A stretch of DNA of 64,000 nt from the NCBI GenBank assembly GCA_964247055.1, contig OZ176055.1, positions 8,184,001 to 8,248,000 of the forward strand, written 5' to 3'. Positions 25,387-38,480 of the stretch are shown in pieces. The stretch's first letter is position 1; each line of letters begins with the position of its first letter. A program made the position numbers and the translations under genes. Source of the stretch: Paragordius varius (lineage: Eukaryota; Animalia; Nematomorpha). The notes under the pieces were generated by a model. That model did no database searches. It was given only the letters and a program-made list of their open reading frames with translations, and was not told the DNA's origin.

Positions 25387-28300
25387 AGAATTTAAAATCA
25401 ACAAAGAGTCCCCCCTTGGAATTTAATTCAATTCTGCCTGGGCATTATGAAAATTTAATAAATGAAATGTGGAGTAGCAAGTTTAAATTGATATATATAA
25501 TTTATAATTAGAAATATGATTGTATTGAAAATGTCAAACCCTTCTAAATTATGTTGTATGTCTTATCAAATAATATCTTGGCTTCAACAAAATTTACAAA
25601 TTACAAATGCATATCAAGCTATTGAAATTGCACAGGTTTTAAAGAATATTATATATATAACCATACAAAACACTATCAATCACACTTAACATTTTTCTGC
25701 CTTAATTAAAACTCAACGCTTATTTTCAATTAAAATTATTAAATTTTAGCTTGGAAAGTTGGTTGGTTGGTTTTTCCTAAGTCGTAAACGACTTTTTGGA
25801 TATAGTTTTAACTATTTCTTTCCATTTTTTTCTATCTTTAACCGCTATATTGAGCTCTTTCAGTGTCATTTTGGTCTCTTCTTTTATCATATCCAACCAT
25901 CTCATCGGTGGTCGGCCTCGTTTCCTTTGCCCTTCTACCTTCCCAAACATTGTATCTTTCTCCAGAGAATTCGATCGCATGACATGACCAAAATATGTTA
26001 ACTTTCTTTTTAGAATTATCTCCATGATGTTTGTTTTAGGTTTTATTTCCGAAATTAGATTTCCATTCTTAATTTTATCCTTTCAGGTGTATCCTAGCAT
26101 CCTACGCCAGCAGCTCCTTTCAAAAGCCATGAGCCTTTCTTTGTCCCTTTTTCTGATAGTCCAACTCTCACATCCATATGTGGTGACCGGGAGAACGAAA
26201 CATTAGAGTAATCTTTTTTTGGTTTCAACTCCTACGCTTTTGTTTTTCCAAATCTTTATTAATTTGGTCATCGCTTCTCTACCCAATCCTATTCTCTTTC
26301 TGATGTCAGGAGTTGAAGACCCATCCTCTGAAATTATTGCGCCCAAAAACGTTAACTGTTTAACTATTTCTATTTCTACTCCTTCTATTATAATTGTAGG
26401 CTTTTTTGCTGTACATAATATTTTGGTTTTGTTAGGATTAAGCCTAAGACCATACCTCAAACTTTCCTTTCGAATCTCTTCAATCAATTCCTTCAAATCA
26501 TTTGCACTTTCAGCTATAAGAGTGGTATCGTCTGCAAACCTTAAATTATTGATTGTTCTCCCTCCTATTCTTACTCCAATATTTTTACCATCCAACTTCC
26601 TCATTATCATTTCTGTGCACATATTGAACAGATAAGGGGATAAGCAACACCCTTGTCTGACTCCTTTCAAGATTGGTATTTCGTCTGTGTCCCCCGCTGG
26701 TGTTCTAATAATCGCTCTTTGTTTTACATACAGAGAGCTAATCAATCTTATTAAGTGAGACGATACCCCTACTAACTTTAATATTTCCCACAAGGAGTCA
26801 TAGTTAATTGAATCGAATGCTTGTCTGTAATCAATAAAACACATGTATAATTCTTTCTGGAACTCTTTTGATGTTTCCATTATCCTTCTCATGTTTGAGA
26901 TATGGTCTCTTGTGCTTTTTCCCTTCATAAATCCGGCTTGATTTTCTGGTATTTCTGTCTGTATGATACTGTGCATTCTGTTTTGTATTACTTTTAGTAA
27001 GACCTTACTAGCGTGGCTAATAAGAGATATGTTCCGATAATTCTCGCATTGGAGTACATCTCCTTTTTTATATATTGGGAGATATACAGATGATGCCCAA
27101 TCGTTTGGCCACTCACATGTTTCCCACACCTTTTGACATAACTGGTGTAACTTTTCAACGGGAATAGCTTTTATGAACTCTATTGGGATATTGTCTAATC
27201 CCATCGCTTTGTTGTTAGGAATTTGTTTTAAGGCTAATTCAACCTCCTCTCTTAATATATCTGGATCACGTTCTTCTTCTTTTAATTGCAACACCTTTGT
27301 TTGAGGAGCCTGATAGAGTTTTTGGGTGTATTCCTTCCATCTTTCTCGTACTTCTGTTTGTTTGCACAATATGGTGCCATTCTCTTTTTTAATCTTTTGT
27401 GATGATATAAAAGGTTTATGAGTCATTTGCTTCAGTTTCTGGAACATTGGTTGCATTAATCCTTTTTTGTTATTTAATTCCACTTCCAGACATTGTTTAT
27501 TAAGAAAATCTTCGTAATCCTTCCTTGTTTGTCGTTGAAATTCTTTGTTATATAATTTTACCATTTTATTATCACCTCTTGATTTAGCTTTTCTCCTCTT
27601 TTCTGCTATCTCTATACTCTTTTCTGATATCCATTTGTTATCTTTCCTCTTTACTCTCTGCACTTTTTCTTTTGCCACTTCATTAACAACATTTTTTATC
27701 GTTCCCCATAATTGTTCTGAGCTACATCCATTGTCCAATCTTCCTAATCTATCTTTGGTTTCTGTTCTAAAACTATTTGGAATGTTCCGAGTGTCATATC
27801 TGTATATCTGTTTAACCTTATTTTTAATTATTTTAAGTTTGATTTTGGTTATTAGAAGCTCATGATCGCTAGAGCAATCGCTGCTTTTGCTTGTTTTGGT
27901 ATCGATTATAGAGCTTTTCCATTTTTGAGGACACATTATGTAATCAATTTGATTCTTATATTTACCACATGGAGAGGTCCATGTGTATAACCTCCTATTG
28001 TGTTGTGGAAACCATGTGTTGGTTATCATCATCTCATTTTCTTGACAAAAATTGATCAGTGCTTCCCCGGCCTCGTTTCGTTCTCCCAATCCATATGGCC
28101 CGACTATTTGATCTACTCTACCTCTACCAACTTTGCTGTTCCAATCCCCTCCTATGATAATCATATCTCCTTTCTTCGTTTCATCCAAAACTATTTGCAA
28201 CGTTGCATAAAAGTCCTCTATGTCTTCTTTGGGAGCGTTTGACGTAGGAGCATAGACTACTATGTATGTAAATTTAAGTGGCTTGGCATTCAGCCTAATA

Positions 28301-31193
28301 CTCATGATTTTGGGTGTATATGGTGTATAACTAATGAGACTTTTATTTAATTTGTTTTTTATTAATACTGCAACGCCTTCAGATTTCTGGTCATCTCTCC
28401 CCGATCTTAACAATGTATAATTTTCGTTTTGTACTTTCGCGCTACCTTTTTGCTTGGTTTCCGTTAGACCCAGTATATCTATGTTCAATCTTTCCATTTC
28501 CTTTTCAATTATCACCTGTTTGGTTGATGTTAAGGAACGTACGTTCCAGCATCCAACTTTGAAAATTCTTGTGTTCATATAGTAAAACTATTTTTTGGCA
28601 GTAATAAACGAGGGTGGTTTGCCATTGCCTTCCCTCTCACTTACCCTCTTTACAAAAAATAAATATCTAGAATAATTAAAATTAAAGAGTAATCTTTATA
28701 AATGTTGTTAATTTGGATTAATTATAAATATTGATATTTTACTCTGTCTGGCAATCATAAAGGAAAAATATAAAGAAATTATGGCTAGGCTAGTAAAAAT
28801 AAAATAATTAGGCACCAAGGAGTAGAGAAAAAAAAAAGAGAGAGATCTGTATAACAATGATTTTTGATGACTTAAGAATTATGTTACTCTTTAAATTACA
28901 TACTTACATGCACGAAACCATGTGATTGAAAGCGGGAGGATATTCAAGGATAGTATTATTTTATTATATACTATAAATATATTTAAAAATAGGTTTCCTT
29001 TTAGTAATTATTAATCTTTTTCCTTGTTTTGTAGAGTTTTTATTTTATTTGTATGCTAAGTATGTAATTTAAAGAGTAACATAATTCTTAAGTCATCAAA
29101 AATCATTGTTTTTTTTTGGAAAGTTAATTTTCTTAAAAAAGCATATAAATAATATACATATAACTCCTATAAACTTTCTTTTAAACGATTTTGAAAATAC
29201 TTTAAAAAATTTTTGTATCTGCATAGGACATGGTGAATAAGCAGTTTTTAATTCCATACAATTCATCCGCATCCAAATTTATATATGGGACCTATTTATA
29301 TTATCCAAACAAAGTGGGTGATGAAAGCATTACTTTTGATACGAATAATAGGTTGGCAATAATAGAATGGACTAATGAACATTTTTATGAAATTGAAATT
29401 ATTTCTGTACAGGTTTTATTTTTTCCGTCTTATATATATTATTAGCCCAATGATGGGAATCAATTGCCCTCTTTTCAACGTAAAAGAACCAATTTAAATC
29501 GTGTAACTTCACCCAACACTCCACAAAAACAGTTTTTTTCTTTTTCTTATTCATGTTAATAGGCAAGAGGATATATTTAATTACGATGAAATGTATGATA
29601 AAGATTGGAGAACGAGCCATCAATTTAATAACATAAGCCTACATTATGCCTCTTGGTTTTCGCCGAATTCGGCCTTTGAAATTGGGTCGGTTTATATCAT
29701 TTTAAAATTTTTGTAAAAAATTGAAAGTAAATATTCAAATTATAAGGACAAAGAAAGCATTATGTGTAAACGACACTAATATATATGGAAAGAAAACCAT
29801 ATTTTTTAAATCACTTTTTTTTAAAAAAAACTAATTTTAGGTTGCTAAACAGGGAAGGGAAATGGAAATTAGTATTCTCAATTTATATATTTTACAATCG
29901 TATTCATATGGGTTATTTCAAGAATATATGGACGTCCTTACAAAAAATCTGTTACTTTTGTTTTACATATATAATTTTAATTATTGCTGTAACATGTCCA
30001 CAAATCATGACAATCAAGTTTTATTATTTGTTTTGTTAAAAGAAGCCTTTTAACTAGAAATTGAAGCATAGTCCATAATTGTATTTTTTTATAAAATTTA
30101 TCATTTTATTTTATAAAACTATTTTTATTATTTGGAATTATTTGTTAGCATTGAATGGATGTCGGCCATGCCAAGCCATTTAATTGATGAATTAATTAGC
30201 AAAAATTGGTCAAGAAAAGCTTCAGCCACAGGATTTTTACATATAATCCCTGCACTTATTAAACCGTTTGCGTATGCTCATGATCAATGCTTTCAGGATC
30301 CTTTGAGAATGCCTGTCTTTTTCAAATTTTCTCAACACCAACTATCCACCCATAAACAATTGATTTTTGGTATAATAGCATCTAAAAACTTGAGACAAAA
30401 TAGTTTAATTTCATATTTTAATAAACAACTTTAGAAATATATCTTTTATTAAGTTAGTATTAAAGTTTTTTTGGGTTTTTTCAGAGAAAAGTAGAAGTAC
30501 AAATTTTATCTCGCTTAGATGGTATTATTCTTTAGCTTCTTCGCCTTGTATTGAAATAATTGGGCTGCCAATAAGTTTTCAAATGCAACCTATATTAACA
30601 GCATAAACAATGCAGCCCCCAAATTTTTTGCTGAGCAAAGAACAATAGAATCGTAAATTGAACCATTTACGAAGAAAAATTAATTTTTAAAACTTAAACG
30701 GGATAGAAAATGGAACTTCTTAAAGCTTTTTTCAGTTATTTTCCTCAAATATATTACTATATATCCAATTATATATATATATATATATATGGTAGAACAT
30801 GAACGAGAAAAAAGATTACCAAATCTAACTCTGGCTTTCCTAAGCTATCTTGATGACATTTTAACTGGATACCTGTATATTAATCATCCCCTGTGCCAAG
30901 AAGATATAACTAATCAAGGCTCAATGGCTGATCTGATAAACTTTAAATGTGTTAAACAGTATGTTCATATCTCGGGTGGTATGTTTTTATCATTAGAGAT
31001 GACCCGTGCCGGAGATTCAAATGATATTGATGTTGGGTTTCGATGGTCCTGGAACTTTTTATTGACTAAAAAATGGCGTTTGCCCGAATTCACGGAAGAG
31101 GTTTTGTTGGAAAATGCTTTCAGTGATTTCATTAAATACGTGGAATCGGATTTATTGCTTAATAATTTTGTCAAAACTAATCATAAATTATGA
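19250..31193 (+). CDS. DEPDC5: GATOR1 subunit DEPDC5/Iml1, multi-exon; 5' end unresolved
   Basis: SABA motifs (FIQISSEMWDF, HYIDCNFERTGQMSLVITPG), PLVNPF, WKNIVAPVCLPLT, LSIGRSYH, DEP-domain ISWLQQN and FIYGTYLY, and C-terminal YVHISG and GFRWSWNFLLTKKWR. Stop codon at 31191-31193. Confidence 0.92.
21931..22479. mobile_element. MITE, CCATTTGCA-terminal subfamily
   Basis: ta|CCATTTGCA...TGCAAATGG|ta with subterminal cttgaacac repeats. Lies in a DEPDC5 intron. Confidence 0.8.
25758..28635 (-). mobile_element. RTE-clade (BovB-like) LINE, nearly full length, antisense in a DEPDC5 intron
   Basis: APE domain (GCWNVRSL, GDWNSKVG, QIDYI, SDHELL) and RT domain (GVRQGCCLSP, LRFADD). One reading frame from 28578 to 25777 with two nonsense codons. 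3' stem AAGTCG-ttta-CGACTT and an (AACC)3 tail. Confidence 0.95.
28853..29110. repeat. 258-bp element with perfect 54-bp inverted arms
   Basis: 28853-28906 is the exact reverse complement of 29057-29110. No TSD seen. Confidence 0.85.
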
Positions 31194-31288
31194 GTATATT
31201 TTTATTTTCATACATATAATATTTTCTATGAATAAATTAAATAAAAAAATCACTTATTAAATAATCAATACATAAGACTGGATTTACA

Positions 31289-31809
31289 CTAACACTCTGA
31301 TTTCTATGGGGGTAACTCGTGACCCCAGACCATTTTAGAATTGATATTATTGAATTACAACTGAAAGAGACGGACCCACTTTAAATTTATGCTTATATCC
31401 TAATAAATATTATAATAAGCCGAACTAAATAAAATTTAGTTTTAAAAGAAATATCAAACTAGTTTAACGCCATTTTTATTTTACCACATTTTTGCAAAAT
31501 ATTGATTTTTTGATTAACGCTTAAATTAATATTTTATTAGGATTATATCTAACATTAAAATAAACAGAAAAAGTGGTTTATTTTGCCATATTAATGTTTA
31601 TCTAATGCACAGATGTCATGCTGGCTAAATTACAACAATCTGATTTTATCCAAAAAATATTAATATCAAGGTTTTACAACTGCAAATTTTTGCCATGGTT
31701 ACAATTTAATTCGTATTTTTAAAAATATTTGTTTATTTATAGGCCTGGAGTCATTAGTTACCCCAATTCGAATCGAATGACAATGAATATGTTGTAAGCC
31801 AAGTGTTAA
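31289..31809. mobile_element. TTAA-type MITE, copy 3
   Basis: Has ggggtaac..gaccccagac at the left end and aggcctggagtc..ttaccccaattcgaatcgaa...aagtgTTAA at the right end. The internal sequence matches copy 2. Confidence 0.7.
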
Positions 31810-31888
31810 AATCGCGTTCCACATAGTTTTTGGGTAGAAAAAAACTCTTTATTTTAATGGTTAAAGAACTTATGAGAACTAACATAAT

Positions 31889-34235
31889 TCATATATCATT
31901 TTTACAAAAAAACTTTAATGATGTATTGTGTGCTAATTTTCCTATTTTTGGATTTGGAGCAAATACCACAATAGAAATATAACACTTGTAGGACTCAAGA
32001 CCAAAAGCACCATGAGTATCCTGATAAATTTTTCCATAAGAAAATATATATTTTTCAGGATATTTATAACCTCCAATTTTGTTCACTCTAAATTTGTTTA
32101 ATCTAATGCTCTTTTCCCCGGACTTTGACTATTTCTGCTTAATTGTTATGATTAATTATTGGAAAGATACAAGTCAATAGAACAACCAATTTTTTATTAC
32201 GCCATCATCCACAAACGTACTAAACCACCCGTTAATACTAATTTTAAATCATTCTGATAATAATATATAAGTTCCACAAAATAATTTGATGCCGCTGATT
32301 AATATAAAATTTTAAATAAATTGATCGCTTATAAAAGACAATATAAAAATAATTTTGATGGCGAGCAAATTTTTGAATAATGCGCTTATAATGTCTGTTT
32401 TTATTATATTAATGACGGATTTTTTTCGTTATGCTCAAAAATAGGATAAAATATAAATAGAATATTATTTATTAGGATATCGTCACTGATGAATAAGTGT
32501 TTGTGGGTTATTTTTGTTAAATTCTAAACTAATATTATTTCCATTCAGTTATGTTAATTTTTGTCCCCTATCAACTTAACAAAAATTACGAATTGATACA
32601 CCATTAATATTATTTTCTATATTGGTGCTCAACCTAACCACATCTTAAAATTTTATTAACCAATTAATTAGCCAATTAACTATTAAATCTTAGGCTGATG
32701 TTAGCATCCACAAAACTTAACGTAAACCCCATTTGCACTCTAAAATAAATTTTAAGAAACCACAAAATAACATTTTCTTATCCGGTTATGCCGAATACTT
32801 ACAGGTTTTTGGCAAAATTTATGAATTATGGAAAAGTTGATAATTAAGTCGCTCAAACCAATCCTAAACGTACTATAAAATAAATTTGCCCAAACGAAAT
32901 GGGCATAAAAGACAGTAATATATTCCAACGCTTTTACTTTATTATATCCATTTACAATTATGAAGTACCTGGGGCCGACTATATCAAACCTATAATACTT
33001 AATGATCTATAGAGAACTGGCAGACATTATTTTAACTTTTAAAGCAATTATACAAAAAATAAATTTTGAACAATTCTAGCAAAAACAACCCCTAAGCAAA
33101 TTTTCGGTTAAGAAATACATACTTGGAGGTACCATACAAAACAAATGGGTTTGACGTAACAAATAAAATGCTAGATATATTATTGAATATAACTATAATA
33201 CCTCAATATTTTTATTTTTTATGTAACTCTAAAATATTTTAAAAAACTTTAAATTTCAACTGAAAAAGTATTATTTATATTAAGTGTTTAAGCAAAATAT
33301 TTTATTATAGAATGGTTCTTTAACATATATATGTAAGCCTCTACACTTAAATAATTTTACTCATTAATACCTAAAAATTGTAAAATGTATAAAATTTAAA
33401 CAAAATAAATTTTTATATTTATTTACATATAATGCATATCGATAAATATAATTATGGAGTTGACCTCCATAGCATAGGACCAGTATTTTGCCCCATCGTT
33501 CTAACATCATGTTTCATGACAACCAAATTTTTTATAACATTTTCCAATTTAATACCACTCCTCAAATAATTAAATTTTTCCCAAATTCTTTCATCTAGTA
33601 CTAATGGTCCATTTTGTATTCCGGTATTGTCGGGTTTTGGTTGTCTTTCAACTAAAACACAACATACACGTAAGTAAAAATTGAAATTATTAAGACAAAA
33701 CGTAAACGCTTAAAGAAAAATAATATAATTTTATAAAGAGATCCATATTGTTTAAATATGATAATAATTATTCATAACCTAATGTTTTTGGATTACAAAT
33801 AAGATGGATAAATTGGTATATACTTAATATTTTAATCATCATTTAAGTTAAAAAAGTCAATAATTACCAAAATTGTTTCCTTTGTCGGTTTATTTTTACG
33901 TTATTTCTATATTTTTTAAGTTTAACATTGTAATCAATTTAACTAGTCATTAAATTAATAAAAAAACGGGGGTTACCATTTGTTTTAGAGCAAAATTCGC
34001 CTACCGAAATAGTAGGGATACTCTGACCTTTGATGTGAGGAAGTGATCTAGTTGGGAAATTTTGAAGACTTCTCTTAGCACCCAAAACCTTTATATCTTG
34101 GGTACGATTTTCCTGCTTCATGACTGGTTTCAAACAGGAATATTTTTGACAGATCGAAATAAACCATCGTTGAAACTTTTTTCCTTTGTCGGATTCACCG
34201 TTTCGATTACTCTTTCTTTTCCCAAACAGTTTCAT
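31889..34235 (-). CDS. Uncharacterised multi-exon protein; middle exons unresolved
   Basis: Exon 34235-33977 joins in phase 1 to an open exon starting at 33651 (VERQPKPDNTG...IWEKFNYLRSG). A terminal exon 32128-31889 has a clean acceptor and 79 open codons. No family recognised. Confidence 0.5.
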
Positions 34236-34508
34236 AATTAAAAGAATTTTTGTAAAGTTTGTTTTTTTTCAATAAGTTAGTCTTTAGCGATTATGATTAA
34301 AAGAGATGTTTAAAGAATGTTGTGTAGTGAAGTTATAAATTTGATTGTTGTCAAACCTAATATTATTGGTTGTTCTATTTTATAATTATATAGAGTATAT
34401 TAATATCATAGCATATTTACGTTTATAGTTGGTGTGTCAATTCTATAGGGGTTATGGATGGGTCTTTACCGATCGAATAATGCAGTTTAACATTATAAGC
34501 AGTATATA

Positions 34509-34852
34509 CCATTTACAATCAAATTCACATTTAAACAATTCAAATTAAGCCTCGAACAATTTAAATTCACCCTTGAACAAATCAAAACCCTCGAACAATT
34601 AAGATTTAACCTAGAAATAAATTATATGTTTTCGGGCTAATATAACACATCATTAGTTAGAATTATTTTCTTATGGCATAGTTTATTATTTTTTCAGTAT
34701 TGTATTAATTTTAAACGTAATTTCATTTTTTAAAAATTTCAAAATATATAGGTAATTTTTAATCTTAAAAAATATATAATTTATTTTAGGGTGAATTTGA
34801 ATTGTTTGAGGGTGAATTTGAATTGGTAAAGGGTAAATTTAGACTGTAAATG

Positions 34853-34853
<1 letters not shown>
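34509..34853. mobile_element. MITE, CCATTTACA family, copy 2
   Basis: Same termini, subterminal repeats and internal sequence as 9567-9890. Abuts (AT)n. Confidence 0.85.
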
Positions 34854-34889
<36 letters not shown>

Positions 34890-35039
34890 AACCATACAAA
34901 ACCAAATAAAGTCTGATTATTATATATCTAATGACAGTACAAAAAAATTGGAATATTTATGCCGCTTAGAATCTTTATTTTAGATTGGAAATTTAACACT
35001 TATTTTATTGATTAATGACTTGGGAAAATCCTTCACTCG

Positions 35040-35131
35040 CCCAGGGTCAAGAGTTATGACGGACTTGTGCGGTTTAAAGATTAAAATTTTGAATAATAGG
35101 CAAGCCGGAAGCCTTAACCACTCTACCACCA
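35040..35131 (-). other. Decayed tRNA-like/SINE head
   Basis: The minus strand reads GGTGGTAGAGTGGTTAAGGCTTCCGGCT, resembling an A box and D arm. No intact B box or cloverleaf. Confidence 0.3.
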
Positions 35132-35299
35132 TGAAATTTAATTTTTTAAAAATTTAACCATATTTTACCAATGCACATTTTTTACATAAGCTGATAAACA
35201 AATGGTTTATTTATTAAACAGGTCAATTATGAAAGCGTTTAGGGTTATAAGATGCACTTTAAACCGGCCAAACCAAATCCTATTATGATTGTTATTTGA

Positions 35300-37300
35300 A
35301 CAAAAGCAAAAGCAATTTAATCAGTTTTGAGACATAGCAGTTTTTATCATTCAAGGGGGAGAATTGCTCCGAACGTCACTGACCACACAAGACGACCAAT
35401 ACCGTGTTCTAGACTTTTACACATTCCATAGGAGGCCTTACTTCATTCTTCATATGATAAGCAAACTAAGAAAAAATACAAAAGGCGCCTGAATCATTAA
35501 TACGATCTTAAATGAGAACTTTCGTGATGTGTATCTAATATCGACAGTTAATTTGATTATGCATGACGTTATTTTGAATTTTTAAAGAACAAGGACAATA
35601 ATTGTAAAATATACATGGTAGAATTTACTATTCATATACCGAAAACCAATTAGGAAAACGGTTGACACCAATTTTATGGTAATTTATATATTTTATGCTA
35701 CACAGAGCACTCATTGATGAATACACATGCTGTAGAAAATGCATTAGGATTTTCATGGTACATTTAATTTTGGGCTTTAAAAGTTATTTAAAATTATACT
35801 TTTTTTAATTGGTCCATATAAAAAGGTTTGGTGCACATTACACTGTACACACTAAAATTATTTAAATGAGACCATATTGTGATAGATAAATGTATCAGGA
35901 TTCTGATGGTAGTTTTGTTTTGTGGTCTTTGATAAATAAGAAAGCCATTTGCACATTTGTAGTAATTGCTCAAAATAGTAAAATCGCAAAATTATAGCAT
36001 TCCTATTAAATTTTAATTTTTAAATGTGGGCTCGGAAAACCCCTAATTTTTTTGATCTTCTAAAAGGGCTTTTCTCTCAAAATAAACCCAAAAAATCCAA
36101 GATTTACGATAAAAATAATTATATATTCTATGGCATCAAATAATCAAATTTTTGAAAAAAATCATACTTTGTTCAAAAATTTAATGTTAAGAAAAATTTT
36201 GTTGAAGCATACTTTAAACTATGAAACATGAAGGATATAAAAACGCTTTAATATCTTATATAAACACTTTGTCTATATAATTCGATGATGCTGAATATTT
36301 CTTCTCCTTGGAATTTTGATCGTTCGTCTTCAAATTTATTTAAATATTAATTGTTTCTTTACAATTCACCCAATTTGAGATGATAGATATGTTTCACATT
36401 ATTGAACTACAAAACAAAGTGTTTATATAATATTTCAGAGTGTTTTACTGTTTTTAATTTTAAATAAGGAAAATCGCTTGGCCAAAATTTTTCTCTACAC
36501 GTTAATTATTCGCTTTACACAACCAAACCAGTGAAAGACACCTTAAAATCGCTTCAAAAGGAAATTTTCCGCATCCGCTGAACTCTCCTAAGATAAATCG
36601 CAGACTTAAAATGGCTTTACAAATGGTTCATAAGAAAATGCAAAAAATTGGATTTCCTCTCAAAATCATATATTTTCACTAAAAAACCGGCAAAAACATA
36701 TGAATACACCTGATATATTATATACATATGGAAGAATTTCAGAAGTTGCGATATAATTTGATATGTATTAAAAGTTGTTGATAGGTCAATCAAAGTAATT
36801 AAATGATGTATATATAACATATATTAACAATCGGACATTTTTCCTCTCAAAAAATTGCCAATTAAGGACATCATATTCCGCATACGCTATCACTTTGAGT
36901 TCATCGAATGTTTATTTCGGAGGGCATAGCCTTCACAAATGAGTAGGGTTTTCTTTCAATCTTCATGATATTTATCGATTCCTATGATCCATAATCATTG
37001 ATCTAACATAATAATCAGGTTTTTTTGTTTGTTCAGAACTTTCGGTGATGCCACCCTATTTCTTACAGGTGTGCATATGTCATTGAAAATATCATCATAA
37101 TGTAATTATTTTGTCATTGCATCCCAATGAGCGGATCGATTTGGCATCTGATCCCCAGTTTTCCTCATAGACGATTATTGACCGCGCAGTTTGTGAAACT
37201 GATATTCAATGAATATAAATGATTTGATGGATGATGATGTGGTTGATTGGGATCTTATGGAGGAAAGAAAATATGTAGATTGTTAATATTATTTATTTTT
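35300..37300 (-). pseudogene. Possible highly decayed PIF/Harbinger transposase relic
   Basis: Only short, stop-riddled minus-strand pieces resemble Harbinger motifs (KENPTH..TFDEL, RFPN, FTIIVL..VDI, DSGAF). Confidence 0.3.
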
Positions 37301-38480
37301 TAGTAATTTACTTTAATAGACCTATCAACTACTTTTACTATACGCAATATATATCCAATTATATCAGCAAGCTATGGATGGCACTTGAACATTTACAATT
37401 AATGTTAAATAAAAAAAGTATAATAAATTACTTTAAGTACTATTACATGGGTGTGTTTGTGTCAGCATTAGCAGAATCTGATATAACAGATTTCAAAAAC
37501 ATATCCAAACGGTTTGTTTGTGCCAAAACTGGAAGAAGCTTGAGGCTCAGTCTTTAAAACAAAATTCAGTTGTTTTACAAATCTTTATAAAAAATCAAAA
37601 GGATAATCCATATTTTGTAATTTAATAAAAAGGGATTGGTTGTAGGGTATGCGCAATTTTAAATCAATTAGTAGTCTCGTCGGCTGTAGTTAACGGTGTA
37701 GCTAATTTTATTTTTCCCTTATAGAATTATTTAGTTTGATATTTAAATAAATCATTGTGTTAATCCACACATTTTTACCGACCGAATTCTTATTTATCAC
37801 AGCCGTGTCTCTTATAAACGTTTCCAAAATTTTAAGTTTATTCCATAAATTAATTGTGAAACATTGATTTAGGATTATCTTTAATATAGAATATATAGAG
37901 GTTCAACGTTTTCAATGACCATTCGATGCAGTCACAAATTTTATTTTGTCTTGTCTTAAAGAATATTTGATTATTTGAGTTAATTCAATTAAAATATCAT
38001 ATGATATATGAAATAACTCGCTTGCCAAATTAATAATTTGACTTAAAACAAAGTTTAATTTGTTTCAACATTTACCACCAACCTGGCTTAAAAAGTAAAG
38101 TGGTGAGTGAGATGACATTAAAAAAAGTTATTGTTATTGAATTGAATTTTAGTTTTTTTTGTATTACATATAGCCAGTAATCTTTTTTTCCAACAAACAA
38201 AATTGAAATGACATATTATTGAACTGCTAAACAATGCGCTATTTGAATAGTGGCCAATAAAAACTGCTTAGTTTATAATATAATAAAGCAGGTAGAGATA
38301 GGTAGGTAGTATAAGGTAAAAAAACCGTAATTATTTTTATTTTACGTAATGGCTAAAAAAATACCGGATTTCATCAAGCTTTTCTTCCTTGTTAAACAAA
38401 TATATATATACATCTAGTCAAATTTTTAGGACTTTTAATTTATCATTATTTTGTTAACATTTATATTTTTTAACGACCAA

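Noticed and set aside
6100-26100. Possible TGA reassignment, suggested by TGA at a conserved Trp in the RTE, the TG|A junction in DEPDC5 and the 6.1-6.25 kb frame
   Set aside because: TGA terminates the shugoshin, DEPDC5 and annexin models at plausible ends and conserved Trp residues use TGG. The RTE case is ordinary transposon decay.
10028-28242. Plus-strand ORFs such as 10028-10336, 11776-12015, 14384-14566, 26219-26635, 27545-27865 and 28000-28242
   Set aside because: They are antisense shadows of shugoshin exons or of the RTE ORF, with no independent homology.
25740-28680. Target-site duplication for the BovB-like LINE
   Set aside because: No matching direct repeat was found, so the 5' boundary is approximate.
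35899-35958. WD40/RRP9-like peptide DSDGSFVLWSLINKKAICTF
   Set aside because: It could not be joined in frame to neighbouring segments, and the opposite strand looks like a transposase relic.
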